From Raja brachyura (taxonomy: Eukaryota): a stretch of 64,000 nucleotides of DNA. The translations under genes were made by a program, and so were the position numbers. Of this stretch, positions 24,076-39,355 are shown piece by piece. Numbering within the stretch: the first letter of the stretch is position 1; every line of letters begins with the position of its first letter. The stretch spans positions 62,744,001 through 62,808,000 of the forward strand of contig OY740785.1 in NCBI GenBank assembly GCA_963514005.1, written 5' to 3'. Below the pieces are notes generated by a model. That model was not told where the DNA came from. It did not search any database and was given only the letters and a program-made list of their open reading frames with translations.

Positions 24076-26478
24076 ATTCTGGGGCATTCTGTAAATGGGC
24101 TGGATGGTTTGGAGTTGGTAAAATGTGTGCAGGATAGTTTTTTGCAGCAATACATAGAGGTGCCTACTAGAGGAGGGGCAGTGCTGGACCTCCTGTTAGG
24201 AAATGAGACAAGACAGGTGGCGGAGGTATGTGTTGGGGAGCACTTCGGGTCCAGTGATCACAATACCATTAGTTTCAATATAATTATGGAGAAGGACAGA
24301 ACTGGGCCTAGGGTTGAGATTTTTGATTGGAGAAAGGCTAATTTTAACGAGATGCGAGATGATTTAAAAGGAGTGAACTGGGACATTTTGTTTTATGGGA
24401 AAGATGTAGAGGAGAAATGGAGGACATTTAAAGGGGAAATTTTAAGAGTACAGAATCTTTATGTTCCTGTTCGGTTGAAAGGAACCAGTAAAAATTGGAA
24501 AGAGCCCTGGTTTTCAAGGGAAATTGGACATCTTGTTCGGAAAAAGAGGGAGATCTACAATAATTATAAGCAGCATGAAGCAAATGAGGTGCTTGAGGAG
24601 TATAAGGAATGTAAAAAGAATCTTAAGAAAGAAATTAGAAAAGCTAAAAGAAGATATGAGGTTGCTTTGGCAACTAAGGTGAAAGTAAATCCAAAGGGTT
24701 TCTACAGCTATATTAATAGCAAAAGGATAACAAGGGATAAAATTGGTCCATTGGAGAGACCGAGTGGACAGCTATCTGCAGAGCCAAAAGAGATGGGGGA
24801 GATATTGAACAATTTCTTTTCTTCGGTATTCACCAAGGAGAAGGATATTGAATTATGTGAGGTAAGGGAAACTAGTAGAGTAGCTACAGATACTATGAGT
24901 TTCAAAGTAAAAGAAGTACTGACACTTTTGAAAAATATAAAAGTGGATAAGTCTCCAGGTCCTGACAGGATATTCCCTAGGACATTGAGGGAAGTTCGTA
25001 TAGAAATAGCCGGGGCTATGAGAAAAATATTTCAAATGTCATTAGAAACGGGAATAGTCCCCGAGGATTGGCGTACTGCGCATGTTGTTCCATTGTTTAA
25101 AAAGGGTTCTAAAAGTAAACCTAGCAATTATAGACCGGTTAGTTTGACTTCAGTGGTGAGCAAATTAAGGGAAAAGATACTTAGAGATAATATATATCTG
25201 GATAAAGAGGGTCTAATTAGGAACAGTCAACATGGATTTATGCCTGGAAGGTCATGTTTGACTAATCTTCTTGAATGAGGGTAAAACAGTGGATGTTGTC
25301 TATATGGACTTCAATAAGGCCTTTGACAAGGTTCCTCATGGAAGGTTGGTTAAGAAGGTTCAACTGTTGGGTATAAATGCAGGAATAGCAAGATGGATTC
25401 AACAGTGGCTGAATGGGAGAAGCCAGACGGTAATGGTGGATGGCTGTTTGTCGGGTTGGAGGCAGGTGACTAGTGGGGTGCCTCAGGGATCTGTGTTGGG
25501 TCCTTTGTTGTTTGTCATGTACATCAATGATCTGGATGAAGGGGTGGTAAATTGGATTAGTAAGTATGCAGATGATACCAAGATTGGGGGTGTTGTGGAT
25601 AATGAAGAGGATTTCCAAAGTCTACAGAGTGATTTAGGCCAGTTGGAAAAATGGGCTGAAAGATGGCAGATGGAGTTTAATGCTGATAAATGTGAGGTGC
25701 TACACCTTGGCAGGACAAATCAAAATAGGACGTACATGGTAAACGGTAGGGAATTGAAGAATACAGTTGAACAGAGGGATCTGGGAATAACCGTGCATAG
25801 TTCCTTGAAGGTGGAATCTCATATAGATAGGGTGGTAAAGAAAGCTTTTGGTATGCTAGCCTTTGTAAATCAGAGCATTGAGTATAGAAGCTGGGATGTA
25901 ATGTTAAAATTGTACAAGGCATTGGTGAGACCAAATCTGGAGTATGGTGTACAATTTTGGTCGCCCAATTATAGGAAGGATGTCAACAAAATAGAGAGGG
26001 TACAGAGGCGATTTACTAGAATGTTGCCTGGGTTTCAACAGCTAAGTTACAGAGATAGGTTGAATAAGTTAGGTCTTTATTCTCTGGAGCGCAGAAGGTT
26101 AAGGGGGGACTTGATAGAGGTCTTTAAAATGATGAGAGGGATAGACAGAGTTGATGTGGACAGGCTTTTCCCTTTGAGAATAGGGAAGATTCAAACAAGA
26201 GGACATGACTTTAGAATTAAGGGACAGAGGTTTAGGGGTAACATGAGGGGAAACTTCTTTACTCAGAGAGTGGTAGCAGTGTGGAATGAGCTTCCAGTGG
26301 AAGTGGTGGCGGCAGGTTCATTGTTATCATTTAAAAATAAATTGGATAGGCATATGGATGAGAAGGGTATGGAGGGTTATGGTATGAGTGCAGGCAGGTG
26401 GGACTAAGGGAAAAAGTTGTTCGGACTTGAAGGGCCGAGATGGCCTGTTTCCGTGCTGTAATTGTTATATGTTATATG
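24076..26478 (+). mobile_element. Young 5'-truncated CR1 LINE (endonuclease C-terminus, RT, 3' UTR)
   Basis: ORFs 24022..25278 and 25271..26407; SDHN, NYRPVSLTS, GVPQGSVLGP, YADD (25565-25576); short deletion near 25275; (gttatat) tail. Confidence 0.95.
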
Positions 26479-29400
26479 CGAGTTGAGAATAATTGTGACC
26501 TTGACCTCTACACAAAACATCCAGGCATTAGTGAGAGGCTGTGCGGGACAGTGTATTTCATGTCGTAAGAGGTAACCTTTCTCTGTGAGGACAAGGAATG
26601 CAGTTTGAGTCTCGATGCAGGATCTTGACCTGAAACGTCAACAATTCTTTCTCGCCCATCCCAACAGATGTTGCTTGACCTGCTGAGTTTCTCCAGCAGG
26701 TCAACAAGCAGCTTGTTTTTTGAACGCAGTTTGATTGTTGGTCCCTTGAACAGCACAAGTTGAGGGAAAATTAAGGCTCATAAAATCTGGTTGTTCTGTG
26801 ATTAAATAATTTTCCATACCAGTGAATCTGGAAAATCGCACTGAGGATTCAACTTGTTGTCACCAAGCCGCAGCTAACAATGGCCCGTTTCCTTTATCAT
26901 TGTTACTTTTTTGCACATCTTTCATTCATTTGTGTATATCTCTTATATCCATCTGTATCTCCCGTTACCCCTTTCCCAGACTCTCAGACCAAGGAAGGGT
27001 CTCGACACGAAACATCACCCATTACTTTCCTCCAGATGTGCTGTCTGACCTGCTGAGTTATTCCAGCTTTTTGTTTCTATTCAACCAAACCAAACTCAGG
27101 TGTTCAATTTCTCAATGGTAAAATATTGTTCTAATCTCATTTAAGTCTAATTTCAATTGCAAGGAGCCATTTGTTTTTGGAGTTGGGTGGAGCGATCTTT
27201 AGGACTAATTTCTTTCACCATCCATAATGAACAGTCAATACAACCATCATTTAAAAGCATTTGATACATTATTTCTAATTTTCCTGTGGATAGGGGAAGA
27301 AGCAAAGGAAATAGTAATGCCTCAAAACCACCCCTAATTAACTGTATTTAATCCTTACTCATCATTTTAATGCAAAATCACAGCCTGAGCTTCGAATTTG
27401 TTACTGAAATAGTGTTTTAGAGACTGGGATGGAGTAGAAAAATTAAAACAATTGAAGTAAATCAAACATCAAGATAGACTTTGAAACAACAGTAGCTGTG
27501 GATGTGCTCGTTTATTGATTTTCTCAAAAAATATTTAAAAATTGCACCTTAAGTGACGCATGATAGTGACACATCTAGGAACATTTATTGCAGCTGTTTT
27601 CAATACCAAGAGAAGAGTGTAAATTCTTTGAATGAAACTGCCACTGCCCGATTCTTAGAACTACCCATGTGAATGATTTCCAACCTACTTCCCACTTTTC
27701 CCTGCCAAGATGTTTAAACAAATCCACCCTTTGTGAATAACTTCCTTGATTAACTGAAACTTATCCTTATGGGTATAAATATAACATGCTATCCTTGCAA
27801 TCCTGTTGTGCTTATTTTTTCAACCCAAGATGGAATTTAAAAAAAGAAACATTACTTCTATATACTTATTATGTATTAAGATTCCTGCCATTCAGTTTTT
27901 CCAGAAATTATAAATGTATGTTTGAGATTATCATAAAATAATAAAAAGCACAACTGTTAAAACAGTGGATTATATAATTTAACACTATTCTGTCAGAAAA
28001 ATGAGGCACAATATCTTGATGCACATTAAAGCAATCTTGTCTGGCCCAATTTATTTCAATGATTGGCATTAAAATACAGTCACATGCATTTTAATGTTAA
28101 AGCCAACGAGTAACAAAACAATGACTAACCAATATTCAACACTGAAACCAGAATTATCAGTGTGCAAATCAAGTTGGTAGGGCCACAATTTGCCATTTAA
28201 ATTTATGCTGAGGACGCAAGGGTCACGAAGGGTCTCAAGCCGAAATGTCACCTATAAATGTTCTCCAGGGATATTGCCTGACACACTGAGCTACTCGAGC
28301 ATTTTGGATTATTTTGTGTATTAACCAGTATCTTAACCAGCAGTCCTTTGTTCCCAGATTTACTTTGAGCTCTGTACCGAAATCAAGAAATAGGTAATCT
28401 ACATAGGTCAATGTAGAACAAATTCCTAAACTTTCAACTGCAGTTAAATCATTGCTTGCGTGCTAATCCAATTTCATTCTTTTATCAGAAGACTGATGCT
28501 GCACTCTGCTGGAAAGCTTCAAGCTTCAGTAAGTAATAATATATGCATCCAAGGCACAATTTGCAGCCCCACTCGTATGAGGGTCAGAAAAGGGAAACAG
28601 GGTGAAATAGTAAAATGTGGAAGCAAAACTCGTACAGTTGTAAGTGAATGCTTTTTTGTGTAAATGTGGTGGGGGTGGTATTATATAGATAACAATAATG
28701 AGGAGGAAAAATGTGACAATGAGAGGGAGGACATGTTTATGGTCCTAGCAGCTTTAAAAGAGGATACAATCAGAGCATTTGCTCATAAAATGAAGAGAAG
28801 CGCAAGCTGTCTACCTCTTGCGCTTTTTTCCCCATGTAGATAGCTAGACATCACTTCATATTTCCTTATGATGGTGACATTTTTGTAGAATTTTTGGGCG
28901 CACTAAAATTCTAGAACAAAAAAGCATCTCCAAATATTATGTTTTTACATTGGGTTAGGTAGGATGTCAGGTTGGATGAAAGGTTCTCGGCTTCAAGAAA
29001 CCGGCAACTTTACATTGCAATAACATTCTCAATGCCAGAGGTTGATTACCCTGCCAAATTCCTTTTTGTGGAAACTTTTTAAAAGTGCTTTAAAACTACA
29101 AAAACAGGGTATTTCACACCTTTCTTACTTTGCAAAACACCACAGATGAAATTGTTATGTTATATAATCACTTCTTCATGTAATGTGCATGATCACATTA
29201 CTCATGAACAGAGGGGAATAACATTTAAGTATTAGATGGTCTTGAAAAAAATGGTTACATAATGTTGCATAATGTTCAGACATGCCTTGCTAAAAATATA
29301 AACATACAGTACACAATAAACTAAAATATAAAATTGTAGGCATGGATTTTGTAATGAAGTTTCGATGCTATTCACCTGCAATCCATCCCATATTGTTATT

Positions 29401-29729
29401 CCTGTACCAATGCGTTCAGCCATTCTCCATTCAAAAATACCAGAAGCTATATTTGCATTTTGGGTGACAAAAACTAATATAAGCATAAACTTTCCATTTC
29501 TTTCAGCATATGGAATACACATTGTGTACAGCAATTGCCAGAGGTTCTCCGAGGGGACAAAAAATTATACATATAGATGAGATAGGTGATAGGTACCATC
29601 AATACCGATGGTAAAACACATTTACCTTATATAATCCTTTAGGGGCGTCATATATTTTCATTATTCACTGTTTTAAAACTAAAGTCTCAAATGAAGCCTC
29701 CATGTAGCTTTCAAAAATAGATAGAAAAG

Positions 29730-30250
29730 TATCTGTGTGTCTGCCTTGGTCTGTGCGATCTCCCAGATTCCAAACATTTTAACTCCCCTTCCAACTCCCA
29801 CACTGACCTTTCTGTCCTGGGCCACCTCCACTGTCAGTGTGAGGCCACACGCAAATTGTGGAAACAACACCTCATATTTCGCTTGGGTAGCTTACAACCC
29901 AGCAGCATAATATTGATTTCTCAAACTTCAAGTAACCCTTGCATTTCCTCTCTCTCTGATCCTCCCCCACCCTAGTCCTCTTGCTAATTTCATTGTTCCT
30001 ATCCCTTCATTATCACCTTGTCCCCAGCCAACAATGGACCATTGTGGGCTCCACCTTTCCTAAGTCATCGACGCAGACTCTACTTTGTTCTGTACCTTCC
30101 CATGCCTTTCGTTTCCCTTTCCCAGACTCTCATTCTGATGAAGGGTCTCGACTTGAAACATCACCTATTCCTTTTCTCCAGAGATGCTGCCTGATCTGCT
30201 GAGTTATTCCAGAGTTTTGTGTCTATTTTTAGTGTAAACCAGCATCATGA
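29730..30250 (+). mobile_element. Penelope-like element 3' fragment
   Basis: End of GIY-YIG region (EQHLIFRLG-like), then a tail with CTGATGA...GAAAC at 30135-30159. Confidence 0.8.
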
Positions 30251-30265
30251 GTTGCAAACATGTTA

Positions 30266-30541
<276 letters not shown>

Positions 30542-30910
30542 CTAACAGACATTTTTAAACTAGAAATCTTACCAACATATAGAAAATTAAAACAGTGTGC
30601 GTTTTTCTCAAAATCATTCTCAACTTTTGTTGTTTCGTGCCACTTTATTCATAATATTAGAGTAATAATTTAGAAATCCATGTTGACCAAAAAAAATGCA
30701 GACGCTGGAAATCCTAAATAAAAATAGAAAATGCAGGAAACACACAGCATCTGTGAAAAACAGTCAACGTGCTAGGTCTGGAACACAAAATCAGAACAGG
30801 TAAGGGCAGGAAACAATTGTGTTTTAGGTAGTGGAGAAGGTGGAACAGATGATAGTCGTAACAAAGAATAATTCTGATTGGTTAATACCAGACTTCTTCT
30901 GAGACAGCTA

Positions 30911-31683
30911 ATGGGCTTGTCCCACTTAGGCGATTTTTCAGCAGACTGCCGGCGACTGTCAAGTTGCCGGCAGTCGCCTGAAAACCGGAAACTGGAACGG
31001 CGAGTGTCAGAGTGGAACACGCACACACACACATAAACATATCGCAAAGGCGGGGGCCAGGGCAGCCGGGGGGGGAGCGCTGTCTGAAATTCACACGGTG
31101 TAAAGCCAAGGTGATACAGACACACACCACGTTGAACAGGAAGGTTTGTGTTGTAATTATGAAGGCTAGCACAGTGTACGGTAAGTCATTTAAAAGAAGG
31201 GGGGGGAGGAGGGAGAAGGAAGAGACAATTTTTAAGAAGCCAGACTTTTAATAAGCGAGATATACACAGCTGAGAAGTTCGGCGGACATTTAACATTACC
31301 GGCTGGTTATCCTTGGTTCTGAAAACTCCTGCTTGTTTTTTCCCCCAATGAGCCAATGAAAATGACCCGTCAACAAAGGCGATTAACTAAAACTACTTTC
31401 GACTACCTACAACCACATGGCGACCCCACTACAACAGCACCTACAACTACAGGATTATTGATTATCTCCATGGCAACCAATTTTTACACACAGAAATTTT
31501 TTCAACATGTTGAAAAATTTGCGGCAACCATACTGAGGCCGCGACTAGTTCCAAGAATTCAGGAACTCCTCCCGACCATGAAGGAGACTCACTAGAGACC
31601 ACCAGCGAACATGTGGTGAGCATGTGGGGAGTGCAGAGTCTCTTGCACTCACCTAAAAAGACGCCTAAATGGGACAGGCACAT
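30911..31683. mobile_element. MITE of the same TIR family
   Basis: atgggcttgtcccacttaggcg ... cgcctaaatgggacaggcacat; internal similarity to 9931-10626. Confidence 0.88.
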
Positions 31684-32393
31684 CAGGGAGGAGTCAAGCT
31701 AATATGACTTTTCATTGTCTGTGCAATATGTTGCTAGTAGTGAGGGTTTGGAACATGTCCAGCAGGCCAGACTAAAGAAAAAAAAAGGACTCCGAGCTAA
31801 AACGATAGCAGGCAGGAATAGCCAATTCTGACACAAGAACAGAAAGGAAGAGCAAGTTATCCAATTTAATATTGAATCCTGCAGTTTGCGATGTGCCTAG
31901 ATGGAAGATGAAACACTGTGTTCCTAAAGCAGTGTTAGGCTTTGTTGTACACCTGCAGACAGACAGCATGGGTAGAGTGGGAACAGGATGGCAAATTAAA
32001 GTGGCCAGAAACTTCGTGTCATTCCTGCTACAACAGGGCATCTGGTCTCACCCTATCCAAGATATTCCCTTTGTTCCCACAACCCCAACATTCATTATTA
32101 TAAGATAAGACTCCTCTGATGAAGGGTGTTAAACTTGCAATGTAAACTCTATTGCTCTTTCCAGAAATGCTGCTTGACCTACTGAATGTTTCGAGCATTT
32201 ATTTTATATTAGAAAGTTATTATACCATCTTCAACAATGCTTTTTCAGATTATCAACCAAAGCTGGCTTGAAGCAAGTAGATGTGAAAGGTAATGTACAT
32301 TTTTTATGGCCACAAAGCAGATCAAATTCTGACCAGCCCATTTATTCATTTAAATCTCACCAAACACAATAGCACCTTATTACAAACACATCT

Positions 32394-32407
32394 CTGCCAT
32401 CTAGTGG
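32394..32407 (-). promoter_or_regulatory. Candidate CTCF site in CDC5L intron 13
   Basis: CCACTAGATGGCAG, an exact match to the CCASYAGRKGGCRS consensus. Confidence 0.55.
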
Positions 32408-32574
32408 TACAATTGAGTATCATCATTGTAACGTTGCAATCAAGCCTGCACTTGCCAACCACAATGATCTTGAAAGCCGTACCCTTAATTACACAAAGGT
32501 TAATCAATACTGTGGATTAACCAGTAGAGCTAAAGTACACTTTATGCATTATGTTTCACACCACCATTCACCAA

Positions 32575-33175
32575 GGTTGCTGGGGTTGCAGACTGTGAGG
32601 AAGGCTGTCAAACTATACAGTGGGATATAGATCAGCTATAGAAATGGGCGGAGAAATGGTAGATGGTGTTTAATCTGACCAATCTATCCACCACCACGCA
32701 CAAGAAGCGCAAGACAGCCACCGTTGTATGCAAATGTCGAGAAGTGTGTTCAGCTCTGGCTGAACGATTTCTAATCTTGTGTGCGGACTTGATAAGAGTG
32801 TGTGGCGTTGACTTTGGGAGGCCAAATGTAAGGGGAAAATATGCAATTATATTTTATGAGCCTTCACAGCATTGATGTACAGAGGAATCCTGGCATCCAA
32901 GTCCATAACTCCTTGAAAGTGGCAACACAAGTAGATAGAGTGGTAAAGGCGGCGCATGGTATGCTTGCTTTCATAGGGCAGGGCTTTGAGTATAAGAGTC
33001 AGGAAGTCATGATGCAACTTTATAAAACTTTTGTTAGGTCGCTTTTGGAGTATTACGTGCAGTGTAAAATTTCTATAATGGGTTGCCCCATTACAGAAAG
33101 GAAATGGAGCATTTGGAAAAGGTGCAAAGGTGTCGGCCAAAGGGCCTGTTCCGTGCAGTACTGTTTTATGTTCTG
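32575..33175 (+). mobile_element. Degraded CR1 RT fragment
   Basis: SLKVATQVDRVVKAAHGMLAFIGQGFEYKSQEVMMQLYK. Confidence 0.85.
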
Positions 33176-33527
33176 TATCAGGTCAAGGTTCTCCACTAAT
33201 CAATAAATCAGTAGTCTACAGATTGGGTGACATAACACAAGTTGAAATTTAAAAAAAATAGGAGCATCTTCCACTTAAAGCATTTTCTGGAATTCTGTCA
33301 TCTTTCAAATTGTTTTTGCATTTTCTCTCTAAATTGTTCATTGTTAAGCAAGTAAACTCTGTAGTTGTTTCATTATTAAAACCTCCAGGTCTTGGAATCA
33401 CACCCCTTCCTCCACAGAAATTAGGTTTCCATTTTCTTTTGTTTCCTGTATCCTCATATTTTGGCCACTTAATGGGCAGTATCATTATTTGTGGTCTATA
33501 ATTGATTGCAACATACATGAAGAATTA

Positions 33528-33785
<258 letters not shown>

Positions 33786-34350
33786 CTAAAATTAGAAGGG
33801 AATTTGGTTTTATAAACCAATTCTATACTTTGAAATAAAATGTTTCTATTTATAACTAACCCACCAACAATGTCAGATGATTCTTAATCGACGAAGCCAT
33901 GCACGACGTAAATGTCAAGCTTACCCGTGAAACACTTTTGACGGGTGGCTAAGTGTACAGCTGCGTCGCTGACATTCACAAACATCAAAATATATTTGAA
34001 AACTATTATACATAAACTATATTACTGAACAATTGTAAAAAGAAAATCAAACTTCTAAATAATGGAAAACTGTTAGATCTCTGTAAATACTTAAATTGCA
34101 CCCGTCTCCCTTGCAATTGTCCCCCCCCTTCTTGAAATTAATCTGTGCCAGATCTAACCTGGTGCAGGTTAAGCATTCAGATTTCCCGGTGTATAGAAAG
34201 GAATATATGCTGGCACAGTCTGATTGACAGCAGTGAGTATATCAGGAAGTTGAGACTTCCTTGCTCTGTGGAGTACCTTCTTCTTGTGGTCCAGTTTATC
34301 AATCTAGCAGTCCCACAAAAGAAAGTAATGGACTCTTGTTTTATACTTAC

Positions 34351-34431
34351 CTCTGAAGGCCTTGGAAAACTCCGTTGTACTGATTGGTGTCTCTTTTTTA
34401 ATTCCCTCTCACGTTCAGCATCTTTCATTGC
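34351..34431 (-). CDS. CDC5L: CDC5L exon 12 (AMKDAERERELKKRHQSVQRSFPRPSE)
   Basis: AAG/GTAAG; 81 nt. Confidence 0.96.
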
Positions 34432-34567
34432 CTTAAAAGGAAATAATAAAAATTCTGAAAATTACTCAACAAAATTTGACTTTAAGATGCAAAACACAAA
34501 AAATATACTGACTTGATGTACTAAACCACCAGTGCAGCATGTGATCACACTTAGTATTCAAATACTA

Positions 34568-34837
<270 letters not shown>

Positions 34838-36447
34838 CTACAAGGAAAATTATGGAAGACTGTTGAGGCAACATTGGCAATTTCCGGGTGAACAGTTAGC
34901 AGTAGGCTTGATAAAAATATTGATGTAGAGTTCACAACTAGTTAATGTCATGAAACTCTATTTAAAGTAACTTGAAACTATAAGGAGTTTTAGCAACTGA
35001 ATAAATTCAGACATTTTAAATATAGATTCTAATAACCAGCTATTATTCACTTATCAAACATTTCCTTTTTAATAACTGATTGTGATTTTTGTGGAGCTAC
35101 AACATAATAGGACAGTGGGCATTTGCTAAAGCTGCAAATTAATATGTCTGACCACGCAAAATTAAAAACAGCCCCGACACACTGATACTGTGCAATTTCC
35201 ATGGTGTACAACGGCAGAGAAATTTGTCTCTTAGATCCTACACCTGGTTGAACCTTTCCAGAATCTATTGATTTTTATGGTTGAAAATTCAGGTGCTTTT
35301 TAAAATATGTATTTCTCTATGGTTTAATGCTTTTGGTTAAACATTTTTCATTAAATAAATGGTTTTAATCCATCAATGCTTTAATATAATAGTTATTAAA
35401 TGTGCTTGAGTGTCAGACAATTTTTACAGCTGGGGGCAAAGTGTGAACATAGGATGGGCAAGGATGGTTTATTCAGTGTGTTACCAGAGGTTCTTCTGGC
35501 ACTCAGTTCATGCCTTTGGTATCTGGGATGCTCTACGCCAGCAATTCACTCTCCACAAACAGACAAGATAGGGGCATGGAGAAATTGCTGGTGGCGATTC
35601 TGGGCACAGGATTTGGCTACAAAAGTACCAGCCAATTAAATATTCCAAACATTTAAGGTCCACAGGTTATAGTTATTCAGCTTCCTGATTACAAAAGTGA
35701 TTTCAAAAAGGAATTGGAGGAAACAACAGGACCCTTTAAATTAATCTACTCAAAGCATATCCTGTTCCAGGGTCTCCTTTTCAGTATTTGAACCAAAACC
35801 ACAGCAGGATTCTGATAGCCTGGTAATTTTCTGCTGCCTTTTTAATACAGAAGGAAGAAAGTTGTTTAACGTCTTCAATCCTACTTTCTCATTAGTAATT
35901 TATACTGCAAGTATTGTTCGTTTACAGTGAGCTTGGGTTAGGGAAGAGCTTTGGAGTAAAATACCACTACCGGTACTTATTTCCAAGGCTCATTCATGTG
36001 TAATCCTGATTTAACAATTAAAATCACATAAATATTAGCATGTGTATGCACATGGATATCCCAGGAATGGAGGGATATGGATCATGTGCAGGCAGTTCAG
36101 ATTAGTTTATCTTAACATCATGTTCAGCATAGCCATTATGGGCCGAAGGACTTGGTGCCCGTATTGTTCTATGATCGGTGTGCAAAATCACATGAACTTT
36201 GACTTGTGAGATCTAATTTGCCTCATGATGTCCTTGATAATATCAGAACAAAACTGTGACCGATTAAATCAAATCCATTTTCTAAAACAGGCTACACCAC
36301 ACTCTTGCTGGCATGTGGTGTGGTGTGGGATGTAAGCTTTAAGATAAATACTTACTTAAGATCTGTCACTGTATATGTCTTATTGTACCAATATAAAAGT
36401 ATTAACTTTTCTTAATAAAAACAAAATCAAAGGACAGTCCGACTTCA

Positions 36448-36645
<198 letters not shown>

Positions 36646-36911
36646 TTACCATCATTCATTCTGAAAACAGTTAAATAAACACTGAAAGACAATCTTAAAT
36701 GTAGATGCTATTTGAGTTAGGGAGAGTACTGACTGCAGGATCATTCCCATTAATCTTTACATTTTTCCCCATTCATACTTGTGTTCTTTCTCCTCCATAC
36801 CGAAATGGAGATAAATGGATTTTAAAATATTTTCCTTAAATGCAAATAATCCCACCCAATCAATAATAACTTTATGAACAGGATATGGTTGAAATCTGGT
36901 TATTAATTTGT

Positions 36912-38062
36912 AAGTCAAGTCAAGTCAAACAAACTTTATTGTAATTTAGAAATACATTGATATATGCAGTTCCAAACGAAATTACGTTGCATTTGGCTCC
37001 CTGTGCAACACGATAAATTAACAGAAGGATAGACATGGATAAAATGGATAAAAGGATAAATAGACAATGGTGGCAGCCCATTACATGGCATTCAGGAGTC
37101 TGATGGCTCGTGGGAAGAAGCTGTTGCAGAACCTTGATGTTCTGCTTCTTATGCTACGATATCTTTTGCCCGAGGGCAGCAAAGTGAACAGTCCATGATG
37201 GAGATGTGTGGGGTCTTTTATAATACTGCTGGCCTTAGACACGCAACGTTTGGTCGCAATATCCGCGATTGAGGGGAGAGAGGTCCCGATGATTTTTTCC
37301 GCTGTCCTCACTACTCTCTGCACGGACTTCCAGTCAGAGGCTTTACAGTCCCCAAACCAGACAGAGATACAGCTGGTCAAAATACTCTCTATGGTGCCCC
37401 TGTAGAAAGTGGTGAGGATGGGATGGGGGAAGGTGAGCTCTTCTCATCCGGCGCAGAAAGTGCAACCGCTGCTGCACTCTCTTAACTGTTGATGAGATGT
37501 TATTCGACCAGGTTAGACTGTTAGTGATCTGCACCCCCAGGAACTTTGTGCTACTGACCACCTCCACATCGCTGTCATTGATGTGAAGTGGTGTGGGACT
37601 GTGCCGGTTTTTCCTGAAGTCGACGATGACCTCCTTTGTTTTTTCGACATTCAGGATCAGGTTGTTCGTATTGCACCAGTCCACCAGTTGTTTCACCTCC
37701 TCCCTGTAAGCCAGCTTATTGTCGTCCGTGATGAGGCCCACCACTGTAGTGTCATCTGCGCACTTCATGATGTGGTTTGTACTAAACCTGGCACAACAGT
37801 CGTGAGTCATCAGGGTAAACAGCAGTGGACTCAGGGCACAGCCCTGAGGGGAGCCGGTGCTCAGAGAGATGGTGTTAGAGGGGTTATTTCCAACCCTCAC
37901 AGACTGGGGTCTGTCAGTGAGGAAGTCCGGTAGCCAGTTACACATGGGGGTGCCGAGGCCCAATGGAACCAGTTTGCTTATCAGGTGCTGGGGGATAATG
38001 GTGTTGAATGCTGAACTGAAATCCACGAACAGCATTCACACATAGGTGTTTTTCTCCTCTAA
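36912..38062 (-). mobile_element. Rex1/Babar-type LINE RT fragment
   Basis: [25 protein letters not shown], (C)[10 protein letters not shown]; (TTGAC)n tail. Confidence 0.9.
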
Positions 38063-38302
38063 ATGTTAAGAAATAAGAAATGATTATCAATAAGAGACGA
38101 TGCAAGATTCAACCAAGGATGCCTCATGATCTGTAAAACCGAGATGTAACCAGTCATTATGCAACATGAAAATAAAAAAACATTGAAGAATTACTCAAGG
38201 CAAATTGAGCAACATGACAGGTAACAGTTGTTTTACAGTTCCTAAAATCCAAAGTTATAGTTTCACTATAATATGACAGTTTTAAGAACAAAATATGAAC
38301 TA

Positions 38303-38524
<222 letters not shown>

Positions 38525-38589
38525 TTATCTTAAATTGATAAATTATCTAAAACCAAGGAACTTATCTCAAGCACTCCATAAAACCTACT

Positions 38590-39355
38590 TCAAGTTCAAG
38601 TGAGTTCAAGTGAGTTTATTGTCATGTGTCCCTGATAGGACAATGAAATTCTTGCTTTGCATCAGCACACAGAACATAGAAGGCATTTACTACAAAACAG
38701 ATCAGTGTGTTCATATACCATATATAAATATATACACACACATGAATAAATAAACTAATAAAGTGCAAATAACAGATAATGGGTTATTAGTTATCAGAGT
38801 TTTGTCCGATCCAGGTTTAATAGCCTGATGGCTGTGGGGAAGTAGCTATTCCTGAACCTGGTCATTGCAGTCTTCAGGCTCCTGTACCTTCTACCTGAAG
38901 GTAGCAGGGAGATGAGTGTGTGGCCAGGGTGGTGTGGGTCTTTGATGATACTGCCAGCTTTTTTGAGGCAGCGACTGCGGTAAATCCCCTCGATGGAAGG
39001 AAGGTCAGAGCCGATGATGGACTGGGCAGTGCTTACTACTTTTTGTAGTCTTTTCCTCTCCGGGGTGTTCAAGTTGCCGAACCAAGCCACGATGCAACCG
39101 GTCAGCAAGCTCTCTACTGTGCACCTGTAGAAGTTAGAGAGAGTCCTCCTTGACAAACCGACTCTCCGTATTTTTCTCAGGAAGTAGAGGCGCTGATGAG
39201 CTTTCTTGTTAATTGCATCAGTGTTCTCGGACCAGGAGAGATCTTCAGAGATGTGCATGCCCAGGAATTTGAAGCTCTTGACCCTTTCAACCATCGACCC
39301 GTTGATATAAACGGGACTGTGGGTCCCCATTCTGTTCCTTCCAAAGTCCACAATC
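38590..39355 (-). mobile_element. Rex1/Babar-type LINE 3' fragment
   Basis: ORF 38794..39351; same family as 11348-12170; cttgaa-type tail. Confidence 0.88.
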
